This document shows, in pieces, positions 19,279 through 28,648 of a DNA stretch of 64,000 bases. The DNA is from Gammaproteobacteria bacterium (GTDB lineage: Bacteria; Pseudomonadota; Gammaproteobacteria; CBDBNL01; JAAOII01). The notes below the pieces were generated by a model. It was not told the DNA's origin and did no database searches. It saw only the letters and a program-made list of their open reading frames with translations. A program made the position numbers and the translations under genes. Positions within the stretch are counted from its first letter, which is position 1. Every line of letters starts with the position of its first letter. The stretch is from positions 1,600,001-1,664,000 of the forward strand of contig OZ242372.1 of the NCBI GenBank assembly GCA_965209035.1. Reading direction: 5' to 3'.

Positions 19279-20406
19279 TTATTTGGTCGCAAGTTTTGTC
19301 AGACGCCGGAAGGCGGTACCGTTTGTGTCAAACAAATGGCAATCTTCCGCGGAGACACCCAGGGTGATTTTCTTGCCCGCATCAAAATCCAAATCGTCGC
19401 CAATTTCGGCGGTGAACTGCGTTGCATTGCCTTTGAGGTGCACATAAACATAAGAAAGACCGCCGAGTTTTTCCACGACTTCCGCCTCGCCCGGAAAGGT
19501 TAGGACGCCTTTGCCAAGGACATTCAGATGTTTTGGTCTGATGCCCAGAGTCAGTTCATCCCCGACCTTGTACGCATTTTTTGTGGCGTTACCGGGGCCG
19601 GGGACGACAGGCAAGGTTGCCTGTTGTCTTCCCAGTTTCACCCGGGTTTGCTTGGCATCTCCGCCCGCGTATTTCACGGAAATAAAATTCATCTTCGGCG
19701 AGCCGATAAATCCCGCAACAAAACGATTGCACGGGTAATGATACAACTCCAAAGGCGAGCCAACCTGTTGCAGATAGCCGGCATTTAAGACAACGATCTG
19801 ATCCGCCATGGTCATGGCTTCCACCTGATCGTGGGTCACATAGATCATCGTGGTATTTAATTGCTTGTGTAACTTGGCGATCTGCACGCGCATATCCACT
19901 CGCAATTCGGCATCCAGGTTTGAGAGGGGCTCGTCAAACAAAAATACCTGCGGTTGTCGCACAATCGCCCGGCCAATGGCGACACGCTGCCTTTGGCCGC
20001 CGGACAGAGCGCCGGGTTTGCGATCCAATAACTGTTCCAATTGTAAGATGCGAGCCGCATCCAATACCTTCTCGTTAATTTGCTCTTTCGGCTGCTTTGC
20101 CATACGCAAACTGAAACTCATGTTCTGTTCCACCGTCATATGGGGATAAAGCGCGTAAGATTGAAAGACCATCGCGATGCCGCGTTCGGCGGGCGGGATA
20201 TCGTTCATCCGTGTGTCGCCGATCGAGATATCACCGTCGGTTACATCCGTTAACCCGGCGACGATCCGTAGTAGAGTGGACTTACCGCAACCGGAAGGAC
20301 CCACAAACACAACAAACTCACCATCCTTAATATCCAAATCTATGGATTCTAGGACGGAAGTATCTCCAAATTTTTTGGAAATTTTCTGTAAATTGACTGA
20401 TGCCAT
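19279..20406 (-). CDS. Sugar ABC transporter ATP-binding protein (MalK/UgpC family)
   Basis: Motifs GPSGCGKS, VFQSYALYPHM, LSGGQRQR, DEPLSNLD and VTHDQ. Confidence 0.95.
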   Translation of the reverse strand: MASVNLQKISKKFGDTSVLESIDLDIKDGEFVVFVGPSGCGKSTLLRIVAGLTDVTDGDISIGDTRMNDIPPAERGIAMVFQSYALYPHMTVEQNMSFSLRMAKQPKEQINEKVLDAARILQLEQLLDRKPGALSGGQRQRVAIGRAIVRQPQVFLFDEPLSNLDAELRVDMRVQIAKLHKQLNTTMIYVTHDQVEAMTMADQIVVLNAGYLQQVGSPLELYHYPCNRFVAGFIGSPKMNFISVKYAGGDAKQTRVKLGRQQATLPVVPGPGNATKNAYKVGDELTLGIRPKHLNVLGKGVLTFPGEAEVVEKLGGLSYVYVHLKGNATQFTAEIGDDLDFDAGKKITLGVSAEDCHLFDTNGTAFRRLTKLATK

Positions 20407-20446
20407 TTTTTCCTCTGTTTTTGTTAAATATCAATAATTTGTATTA

Positions 20447-20741
20447 TTATACGGATTTTACACCTAATAATTCAAAATTGTGCCGGAAGTTTTTCTTTCC
20501 AAAGTCAAGTTGTCAAGTTATAAACGAATATCGGCAATGCCGAGCGGGCTGGGAGCATTCGGTTTATATTATCCCGTCCGGTTTGGGACTCTTACTGTGT
20601 TTGTCCGAACCGGAGAGAATGATTGACGGGTATCATGGGGTGGTTTGAAACTATCTCAAAGTGACAGGTCAATGTGTTTAAACTTCAAATCAGAAGCGAC
20701 TTCCCAATCCAAAAATAAAGAAAGACCGAACCGCAACATAT
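20447..20741 (+). repeat. 295-bp target duplication, left copy
   Basis: Matches 21171-21465 with one C/T mismatch seen. Confidence 0.96.
20565..20648 (-). repeat. Degenerate IS481 right-end copy (duplicated at 21289-21372)
   Basis: ATCCCGTCCGGTTTGGGAC is essentially the reverse complement of the end of the 5413 copy; the remainder aligns with 50050-50130. Confidence 0.6.
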
Positions 20742-21170
20742 CTTGACTTCGGAAAGAAATTTTTAGATTTTTAAAAACTCCTGTATTTATAAGGGTTTTT
20801 TGAGGTTTTTTATAGAGTATAATATAGAGTACATTATGCATATTCGTGAAATGATTGGAAAAAAAGAGCAAGATCTGTCGGTATTTAATCATGCCAAGGC
20901 AGTCGTTATGACGAAGAAAATTCTAAAAAAAGCGGGAAATTTCAAAACGACCATTCACCATCCAACGCAATTCCATCGGAAACTATTACAGAAACCCGCA
21001 CAAACCCACGCCGTGACAGCAACGTATTCTACAGGTAGTTCAATAACAACTCAAACAACCCGCTTTGTTCAATAACTGGCACTAAGGGCAAAGCAAGGGC
21101 TTGTAGTGTATAAAAACTGCCCGCAAACCCTTATAAAATAAGGGTTTTTTCAAAAGTTTCCGAAGTCAAG
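20742..21170 (+). mobile_element. Non-autonomous IS1634 deletion derivative (MITE, 429 bp)
   Basis: Same 14-bp IRs. Retains diverged 5' (ATGCATATTCGTGAAAT) and 3' (CAAACAACCCGCTTTGTTCAATAAC) parts of the transposase gene. Confidence 0.95.
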
Positions 21171-21465
21171 TTATACGGATTTTACACCTAATAATTCAAA
21201 ATTGTGCCGGAAGTTTTTCTTTCCAAAGTCAAGTTGTCAAGTTATAAACGAATATCGGTAATGCCGAGCGGGCTGGGAGCATTCGGTTTATATTATCCCG
21301 TCCGGTTTGGGACTCTTACTGTGTTTGTCCGAACCGGAGAGAATGATTGACGGGTATCATGGGGTGGTTTGAAACTATCTCAAAGTGACAGGTCAATGTG
21401 TTTAAACTTCAAATCAGAAGCGACTTCCCAATCCAAAAATAAAGAAAGACCGAACCGCAACATAT
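21171..21465 (+). repeat. 295-bp target duplication, right copy
   Basis: Matches 20447-20741 and includes the 3' end of the 21409-22512 gene. Confidence 0.96.
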
Positions 21466-22512
21466 TACTCCAATCCAAATCCAACCCAGCCATTTCCAAA
21501 TACCTCGAAAATGAATTTGCCGCCAATAAACCCATTCTAGCAGAGCTTGCCCTCGACGTTCAATCATGTGATGGTAATTCATATAAACATAAAAATAACC
21601 AATCATAATCCAGATAATCCATAAGTTAAGAGTAATAAAAAAATTAGAGTAAGACCCCAACAGGCCCAACAGAAATGGAGGGTAAATGAACTCAGTGATA
21701 AAAGATAAAATAGGTGTCAGAGGGGATTCGGCTACAATCTCTGGTGCTAAAACCCCAAATGCAGTCAATATCCCGTAAATCCATCGTCTGGTCGTTAATC
21801 TTTGTTCAGATTCTGCATCCCCTCTTTCAACTGCGGCTTCCGCAGATTCTCGCATAATTTGATAATTAAGATTTAAAGGTCTAAAGCCATCATCGATCTG
21901 CTTATCTTTGCCTAATTTTTTATTGACAGCATTCCCCAGTTTTTTGATGAGAACTTGTAGACTGCCAATATATGCTAAAAACCCTAATAAGTGTTTTCTT
22001 CCGGTGGGGTCGGACTCCATCTGGATATAGCGTCGTGTTAATCTGTAAAATACGCGACGCAAACATTCCAATTTATATTTTTCTTCGGAACTGTCATCCG
22101 GCATGGAGTGAAGAGAAGATAAGCAATCATCTGTTTCAGAATGATGAGAATGTGCATGAAAAACATCCTTAATGAAATAAAATAGCTGATTGGCAAGGTG
22201 CTTGGGTGGGTCCTTCTTATCCGCATTATTTTCCAAATTCTCTTGCGTGTGACCGGAGCATTGAAAATTATCCATCTTTATTATTCCTTGGCGTTCTAAT
22301 TCAAAATCAGTAGAAACACCTTTAACCTTCCTGTCTTTGTTATTGGTAAACTCTTTTATTCTATTTTGTAACTTACCCAAAAAATCATTCATCCGGTTTA
22401 TCAACTGCTCGTCGTTTATTGAGTTTTCTTGCATTTTTTGCATTTTTTGCATCTCTTTTACATACTTCTTAAGAAGATTTTTCCTCCGACGATGATGCAT
22501 CACAAAAAACAC
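21409..22512 (-). CDS. Hypothetical protein with C-terminal TM helices and a His-rich motif
   Basis: 367-aa AT-rich ORF containing FHAHSHHSETDD, with a hydrophobic C-terminal third. Confidence 0.7.
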   Translation of the reverse strand: MFFVMHHRRRKNLLKKYVKEMQKMQKMQENSINDEQLINRMNDFLGKLQNRIKEFTNNKDRKVKGVSTDFELERQGIIKMDNFQCSGHTQENLENNADKKDPPKHLANQLFYFIKDVFHAHSHHSETDDCLSSLHSMPDDSSEEKYKLECLRRVFYRLTRRYIQMESDPTGRKHLLGFLAYIGSLQVLIKKLGNAVNKKLGKDKQIDDGFRPLNLNYQIMRESAEAAVERGDAESEQRLTTRRWIYGILTAFGVLAPEIVAESPLTPILSFITEFIYPPFLLGLLGSYSNFFITLNLWIIWIMIGYFYVYMNYHHMIERRGQALLEWVYWRQIHFRGIWKWLGWIWIGVICCGSVFLYFWIGKSLLI

Positions 22513-23150
22513 TGTCCCCTGAATTGACTCAACACCTTGGCATGATTTCTGGCTCGTTTTATCCGGCGGTGAAATGTAGTGACCAAAATAAAAAGCAAAA
22601 TAAGGAATTTTCGGATAAAATATTTTTCTTTTGCACCAAAAATATAAATAATAATAGGAGTTTCTAATTTTTTATACCACTTTCGTGAAAAAAGAACCAG
22701 GCAAGAAATAAAAAGAACCGGGAAAGCCCAAGAAAGTAAAAAAGACGAAAGAATAAACTGATGAATATGAATAGAAATAAGATAAAGAGGAAAAAGCCAC
22801 GAAATAGAAACTAACAAATAAATATAAGGAAACAACGGGCTAACTCCGTCGAAATTATCTCTCTCTTGGCATACAAAAGATAAAACAAAACCTTTGTTAT
22901 CATCTTCTTTGTTTGTTGCGGTTTGATCTTCCGGATTACCCGTATCTCTATTTACCAGTTGAGAAAGGTGTTTATGTTGTTTGGGATCAATACTGTGATA
23001 CGGTATCTTGTCAGAAAAGACCGTCACCTGCATATCAGTATTGCTTCTGCGACCTGCAGTTTTAAAAGACATAGCACCGCTTGCATTTGGAATCCAACCA
23101 TACCACTTTTTTCTCATATAACTTGAGGCTTTTTTTACATCATTTTTCAT
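22500..23150 (-). CDS. Hypothetical membrane protein (possibly the frameshifted 5' part of the adjacent gene)
   Basis: 216-aa AT-rich ORF with hydrophobic segments; overlaps the next ORF by 13 bp near a homopolymer run. Confidence 0.55.
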   Translation of the reverse strand: MKNDVKKASSYMRKKWYGWIPNASGAMSFKTAGRRSNTDMQVTVFSDKIPYHSIDPKQHKHLSQLVNRDTGNPEDQTATNKEDDNKGFVLSFVCQERDNFDGVSPLFPYIYLLVSISWLFPLYLISIHIHQFILSSFLLSWAFPVLFISCLVLFSRKWYKKLETPIIIYIFGAKEKYFIRKFLILLFILVTTFHRRIKRARNHAKVLSQFRGQCFL

Positions 23151-23494
23151 TCGGTGTCTTAAACTCCGCTTACAATCATTTCGCTATCCGAGCACAAATA
23201 ATATTTAATTTCAATTTGATGAGGATCTCTAAACCGTAAAGAAAAACGCGAATGCACTTTTGACAGTGGTATTTTCCATGTCAAAGATGCTTATTATACG
23301 GGCAAGTATTGATTCTCTATGGAAGCAATCCTTTCGCATCCCGAACGAGATAACAACTTGACCTTACATCCCATAAAAAGATGTAAAATTATCTCCTTAT
23401 GAAAAGATGGATAATGTGCTTTTTCTTTGTTTTATTTTAGAGATATCCGAACAATATCTTATTAGACATCTAGATATCCGGACATCCTTAGGGT

Positions 23495-23821
23495 TTAGGC
23501 ATCCCGAGTCCCGCTGGCAATGAGCCCGTCATCCGGGCGCGAACATTCTTTTATTTCGACTTCACCGGTTTTTCGATCCACAAGAACATAAAGACCACTC
23601 TTAATGCGATCGTGTTTTTGAGAACATTGGCCGAGAACCACATTTGAGCGCATTCTTTTGGATGAACCGGATGTGATGATTTCACGTATTGTTCTAATTG
23701 CATTCTTATCTTCGTAAAATACGCTGTCTATAAAGTCACGCACAAACAAGAAGAATATAAATAAGGTGACAAAGGCTCCTATAAAATACAGAAGGCCTAA
23801 TAATAAAGTTATAGTAGTCAT
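23495..23821 (-). CDS. Small hypothetical protein with an N-terminal TM helix
   Basis: 108-aa ORF with ATG start in AT-rich DNA. Confidence 0.6.
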   Translation of the reverse strand: MTTITLLLGLLYFIGAFVTLFIFFLFVRDFIDSVFYEDKNAIRTIREIITSGSSKRMRSNVVLGQCSQKHDRIKSGLYVLVDRKTGEVEIKECSRPDDGLIASGTRDA

Positions 23822-24085
23822 AGTGATTAATGTAGATTGTTAAAAATAGTAATAAGAAAAACTATTATAAAACAGAAAAAGGCATGTGTTTCAATAAAGT
23901 ACAAAATTGTATGTTTTGCTAAATTTTTCTTTTTTTGCGTTATTTGCCTTTTTTAATGATAAAATTAACTTAATTACTTTACATATGGCTTGTTGTAACT
24001 TAAATCAGTGTCTTTATTCAACAGCTAATACTATCCCTTTTCCAAAATAATGTTTATTGGGTAACTTGAATTCAAGTAGTTAAGA

Positions 24086-24121
24086 TTTTTAAAAATCCAA
24101 AATTTTCTTTCCGAAGTCAAA
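24086..24121 (-). mobile_element. Isolated, inverted IS1634 left-end remnant
   Basis: TTTTTAAAAATCCAAAATTTTCTTTCCGAAGTCAAA is the reverse complement of 13439-13474 with about 3 mismatches. Confidence 0.85.
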
Positions 24122-24194
24122 TTATACCGATTTCACACCAAATAATTCAAAATTGTGCCGGAAGTTTTTCTTTCCGTAGTCAGGCTGTTAGATT
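24122..24194 (+). repeat. Diverged direct repeat of 20447-20519
   Basis: 51/54 identity over the first 54 bp, with weaker similarity to about 73 bp. Confidence 0.85.
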
Positions 24195-24200
24195 GCCGGG

Positions 24201-25178
24201 TTAGTTATTAGTTAAAAGCCGTTTGGGAGATCCGGCAAAAAAACCCTCAATATTTTCCATCGTCTGTCGGTACGCATTGTTGAGTGCGGTCATGCTGGTC
24301 CAGGCGGTATGCGGCGTGATGAGCAGGCAGTCTTCGTTTGCCAGACTCAGCAGCGGGTTGGTTGCCGGCGGCGGTTCCGTCGCCAAAACATCCAAGCCGG
24401 CGCCGGCAATCCGTTTTTGATGCAGGGCTCTTGCGAGTGCCGCTTCGTCCACCAGCGCACCGCGGGCGGTGTTAATTAAAAATGCGGTCTTTTTCATTAG
24501 CGACAGTTCGGCATCTCCGATCATCTTGTCGTTTTGCGGGTTGTGAGGGCAGTGCAGACTGATAATATCCGCGGTGCTTAACACCTCCGTGAACGGCAGA
24601 TAACCGGGGCGGCAGTTGGTCACACCTTTGCGTTCGGCAAAGACGGCACGCATCCCGATAGCCTGCGCCAATTCCGCCAGGCCGCGGCCAAGTTTGCCAC
24701 GCCCGATGATGCCGATTGTGCCGCCTTGCAGGTCTTCTATCGGTTCGTCAAACAGTACAAAATGTCTGTTCTGTTGCCATTCGCCGGCTGCGATGCGCCT
24801 GCGGTATGCGGGCAGCCGTCTTCTCAGGGCGAATATCAACGCAAGGGTATGCTCCGCCAGGCTGCGGGTGGTGTAATCGCGAATATTGGCAACGGCGACG
24901 GAATGCTTGCGGCAGTATGCCAGATCAATGTTGTTGCTGCCCGTAGCTACCAGGCTAATTAATTTCAGGTGTTTGGCGTTGCTCAGATTCGCGGAACGGA
25001 GAACGGACTTGTTGACTACGGCAATATCGGCGTCCGCCAGGCGTTCCGTAATTTCCGCATCGGAACTAAACGGGTATTCCTTCCATTCGCCGACGCATGC
25101 GGGGGGCGTCCATTCGATGTAAGACGGGAAGGTTCCCCGGTCCAGAAAAACAGCACGCAGTTTTTGGTCGGACGGCAT
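24201..25178 (-). CDS. hprA: D-2-hydroxyacid dehydrogenase (glycerate dehydrogenase/hydroxypyruvate reductase-like)
   Basis: Motifs AVFLDRGT, GIIGRGKLG, ISLHCP, INTARG and ITPHTAW; lies downstream of gcvP. Confidence 0.85.
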   Translation of the reverse strand: MPSDQKLRAVFLDRGTFPSYIEWTPPACVGEWKEYPFSSDAEITERLADADIAVVNKSVLRSANLSNAKHLKLISLVATGSNNIDLAYCRKHSVAVANIRDYTTRSLAEHTLALIFALRRRLPAYRRRIAAGEWQQNRHFVLFDEPIEDLQGGTIGIIGRGKLGRGLAELAQAIGMRAVFAERKGVTNCRPGYLPFTEVLSTADIISLHCPHNPQNDKMIGDAELSLMKKTAFLINTARGALVDEAALARALHQKRIAGAGLDVLATEPPPATNPLLSLANEDCLLITPHTAWTSMTALNNAYRQTMENIEGFFAGSPKRLLTNN

Positions 25179-25271
25179 TTACGGGTGTCTCTATTTAAGA
25201 ATATGTAAGGGTATGTAAGAATATGTAAGAAAGAACGAAAAGACGGGAAGTCGCCGCCAACTCCGCTATTG

Positions 25272-28196
25272 CTACGACTCGTAGTCTTCCGGCAGGGGGC
25301 AGGAGCAGATCAGGTTGCGGTCGCCGTACACATTGTCTATGCGGTTGACCGGGCAAAGATACTTGTCCTCGGTCAAGTAAGGCAAGGGATAAAACGCATC
25401 TTTCTTGGAATATTGATGACTCCAATCGGCGTAAAGATCTGCCAGCGTATGGGGGGAGTTTGTCAGCGGGTTGTCTTTTGCATCCCACTCTCCGCTTTCC
25501 ACCCGGGCAATCTCCCGGCGAATATGGATCATCGCATCGCAGAATCTGTCCAGTTCCGCCTTGCTCTCGCTTTCGGTTGGCTCCACCATCAGGGTGCCCG
25601 CTACGGGGAAGGACATGGTCGGCGCGTGAAAGCCGTAGTCAATCAACCGTTTGGCGATATCCTCTTCGGTAATACCGCTGTCCGCTTTGAGGGGGCGGAT
25701 ATCCAGGATGCATTCGTGCGCGCAATAGCCGTTTTTGTTGGTGTAAAGAATAGGATAGTGCGGTTCAAGTCGTTTGCGAATGTAGTTGGCACTGAGAAGT
25801 GCCAACTCGGTTGCCCGGCGCAGCCCGCTTTCTCCCATCATCTTGATATACGCCCAAGAAATCGGCAGAATACTCGCACTTCCGTAGGGGGCGGCCGAAA
25901 CGCAGTTTGTGCTGTCGGTATCGGTGAACCTGTGCCGAGGCAGAAACTCCGCCAAATGCTCCGCCACGCCGATGGGTCCCATGCCGGGCCCGCCGCCGCC
26001 GTGCGGAATACAAAAGGTTTTGTGCAGGTTAATATGACAGACATCCGCGCCCAGATCTTGCGGACGGGCGACGCCAACCATCGCATTGAGGTTGGCGCCG
26101 TCCATGTAAACCTGCCCGCCGTGTTGGTGCACCGTGTCGCAGATTTCGCGGATTGTATCTTCAAAAACGCCGTGTGTGGAAGGGTAGGTAATCATCAGAG
26201 CGGCCAGTTCGTTTGAATGTGCCGCAGCTTTTTCTTTGAGTTGCACCAGGTCCGCATTTCCGTTTTTGTCACACCCGATGATGACGGGACGCATCCCCGC
26301 CAGCACTGTACTTGCCGGGTTGGTGCCGTGTGCCGAAGAAGGGATCAGGCAAACTTTGCGCTGTTTTTGGCCGTTGCGCGCATGATAAGAACGAATGGCG
26401 AGGAGACCCGCATACTCGCCCTGGGCGCCGGAATTCGGCTGAAAACTGATACGGAAAAAGCCGGTAATCTTGCACAGCATATCATTCAATTCCGCGATGA
26501 ATTCCCGATAGCCTTCGGTTTGTTCGGCGGGCGCAAACGGGTGCAAACCGTTGACAGTCTCCCAGCCGATCGGTATCATTTCGGCGGCGGCATTGAGTTT
26601 CATCGTGCAGGATCCCAGTGGGATCATGGTCCGGTCCAGCCCGATATCTTTTTGTTGCAGGCGACGCAAATACCGCATCATCTCGGTTTCCGTCCTGTGT
26701 GTGTTGAATGCCGGATGGGTCAGAATTTCATCCTGCCGCAAATACTCGGTCGGCAGGGCATAGGCTGCCGCTGCTTCCCGTGCAAGGGCGCGCATGTCTG
26801 GCGGGGCTTGATTCTTTGCCTCCGCAAAAATACGCAGAAGCTGTTCAATGTGCGACAACTCGGTGGTTTCATTTAAACTCAACGCCAGCCGCTCGTCGTC
26901 AACCCGACGCAGGTTATAGCCGCTGGCGCGGGCGCGCAGATACGCTTGCTCGCCGGCTTTTATTATCAGAGTATCAAAGAAGGCGGTGTTTAGCGGGGCA
27001 TAGCCGGCGTCAATTTTTGTTAACCCTTGGGCAAGAAGGCGAGTTTGGTCGTTCACCCGTTTTGCAATTCGCCTCAGGCCTTGCGGACCGTGATAGGCCG
27101 CATAAAGAAATGCCATGTTTGCCAACAACACCTGGGCTGTGCAAATATTGCTGGTGGCTTTTTCGCGCCGAATGTGCTGTTCCCTGGTTTGCAAGGACAT
27201 CCGCAATGCCTGCTTGCCTTTGAGATCGCGCGAAACGCCAATCAGTCGGCCGGGCATCAGGCGCTTGTAAGCGTCTTTGACCGCAAAGAACGCGGCATGG
27301 GGGCCGCCATAACCGAGCGGAACGCCGAAACGCTGCGAGTTGCCGTAAACAACATCCGCCCCGACGGCACCCGGTGCCGCCAACAGAACCTGTGCCAAGG
27401 GGTCGCAGCCGACGGCAAGCAATGCCCCGTGCTCATGGGCGGCGGCGGCGGCTGTGGCAATCTCTTTGGGAGAAATCACTTCGCCGTCTTGCGTCGGCGA
27501 TTGCATCAAAAGACCAAAATAGTCACCCGCTTGGGGAAGGTAATCTTCCCGCAAGTTGCCGATGGTCAGTTCAATGCCAAGGTGTTGGGCGCGCGTCGCC
27601 ACCACATCCAGCACATGCCCAAAACAGCGTGCGTCGGCAAAGAATTTGGCGGAGGAGTTCTTGGATGCCCTGCGTATTAATTGCATTCCTTCGGCGGCGG
27701 CGGTCGCCTCATCCAGCAGAGAAGCATTTGCATAATCCGTTCCGGTGAGGTCCGTGATCATTTGCTGAAACCCGAGCAGCAATTCCAACCGACCCTGAGA
27801 AATCTCCGCCTGATAAGGAGTGTAGGCGGTGTACCAGCCGGGATTTTCCAAAAAACAACGCCGAATGACCGGCGGCACAAGGCAGTCGTGATAGCCGAGA
27901 CCGATTAAACTGACGGCGTTCCGGTTTTTGTTGGTTATCTTTTGCAGCTGCCTTAACATAGTATGCTCGTCGCAAGGTTCTCCCAGACCGAGTTCGCCGG
28001 TAAAGCGGATGTCCGCGGGAACCGCGTGTTGCAGGAGTTCTTCGGTGTTGTGCAGACCCAGAGTGCCCAGCATTTCCGCACCGGCTTGTGCATCCGCACC
28101 CAGATGGCGCGGAACAAACTGTTCCCGCGGCGAATCTAACATCCCTTCGCGTTCGGCGTCGGGATTCTTGATCTGCCGGCTTTGCGGATTAGGCAT
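25272..28196 (-). CDS. gcvP: Glycine dehydrogenase (decarboxylating), P protein
   Basis: Motifs ENPGWYTAYTPYQAEISQGRLE, REQHIRREKATSNICTAQ and HINLHKTFCIPHGGGGPG. Start position approximate. Confidence 0.97.
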   Translation of the reverse strand: MPNPQSRQIKNPDAEREGMLDSPREQFVPRHLGADAQAGAEMLGTLGLHNTEELLQHAVPADIRFTGELGLGEPCDEHTMLRQLQKITNKNRNAVSLIGLGYHDCLVPPVIRRCFLENPGWYTAYTPYQAEISQGRLELLLGFQQMITDLTGTDYANASLLDEATAAAEGMQLIRRASKNSSAKFFADARCFGHVLDVVATRAQHLGIELTIGNLREDYLPQAGDYFGLLMQSPTQDGEVISPKEIATAAAAAHEHGALLAVGCDPLAQVLLAAPGAVGADVVYGNSQRFGVPLGYGGPHAAFFAVKDAYKRLMPGRLIGVSRDLKGKQALRMSLQTREQHIRREKATSNICTAQVLLANMAFLYAAYHGPQGLRRIAKRVNDQTRLLAQGLTKIDAGYAPLNTAFFDTLIIKAGEQAYLRARASGYNLRRVDDERLALSLNETTELSHIEQLLRIFAEAKNQAPPDMRALAREAAAAYALPTEYLRQDEILTHPAFNTHRTETEMMRYLRRLQQKDIGLDRTMIPLGSCTMKLNAAAEMIPIGWETVNGLHPFAPAEQTEGYREFIAELNDMLCKITGFFRISFQPNSGAQGEYAGLLAIRSYHARNGQKQRKVCLIPSSAHGTNPASTVLAGMRPVIIGCDKNGNADLVQLKEKAAAHSNELAALMITYPSTHGVFEDTIREICDTVHQHGGQVYMDGANLNAMVGVARPQDLGADVCHINLHKTFCIPHGGGGPGMGPIGVAEHLAEFLPRHRFTDTDSTNCVSAAPYGSASILPISWAYIKMMGESGLRRATELALLSANYIRKRLEPHYPILYTNKNGYCAHECILDIRPLKADSGITEEDIAKRLIDYGFHAPTMSFPVAGTLMVEPTESESKAELDRFCDAMIHIRREIARVESGEWDAKDNPLTNSPHTLADLYADWSHQYSKKDAFYPLPYLTEDKYLCPVNRIDNVYGDRNLICSCPLPEDYES

Positions 28197-28207
28197 ACCG
28201 GAAGTCT

Positions 28208-28597
28208 TCAAGATTCTGTGAACTCTTTGTATTCTTCTTCCGTTAGGAGTTTCTCGGTGGCCGCCATATCCCCTTGCATCCGAAACAACCAACCATTTTC
28301 ATAGGGCGAGTCGTTTACAAGAGCCGGATTGTTTGCCAGATCCTCGTTGATTGCGGTGATATGGCCGGTTAGCGGAGCATAGATGTCCGAAGCCGCTTTG
28401 ACGGATTCGATCACCGCCACCGTGTCGCCTCGGGCAACCTGTGCCGTAATCTGTGGCAGATCCACAAAAACAATTTCACCCAACTGCTCCTGAGCGTGTT
28501 GGGTAATTCCAATCACCAAGTCGTCGTTATCTTCGTCCCGAAGGATCCACTCATGACTCTCGGTGTACTTGATCAGATTATTTGAAGGTTTTTTCAT
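28208..28597 (-). CDS. gcvH: Glycine cleavage system H protein
   Basis: Motifs YTESHEW, IESVKAASD (lipoyl Lys) and PYENGWL. Confidence 0.96.
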   Translation of the reverse strand: MKKPSNNLIKYTESHEWILRDEDNDDLVIGITQHAQEQLGEIVFVDLPQITAQVARGDTVAVIESVKAASDIYAPLTGHITAINEDLANNPALVNDSPYENGWLFRMQGDMAATEKLLTEEEYKEFTES

Positions 28598-28648
28598 AAT
28601 AGTTTTGTTTGTTGAAGTAATAAAAATTGCCGGCGGCACCGCCGCCGG

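Noticed and set aside
20800-21075. 91-aa ORF inside the MITE as a functional protein
   Set aside because: A frameshifted patchwork of transposase termini with no catalytic core.
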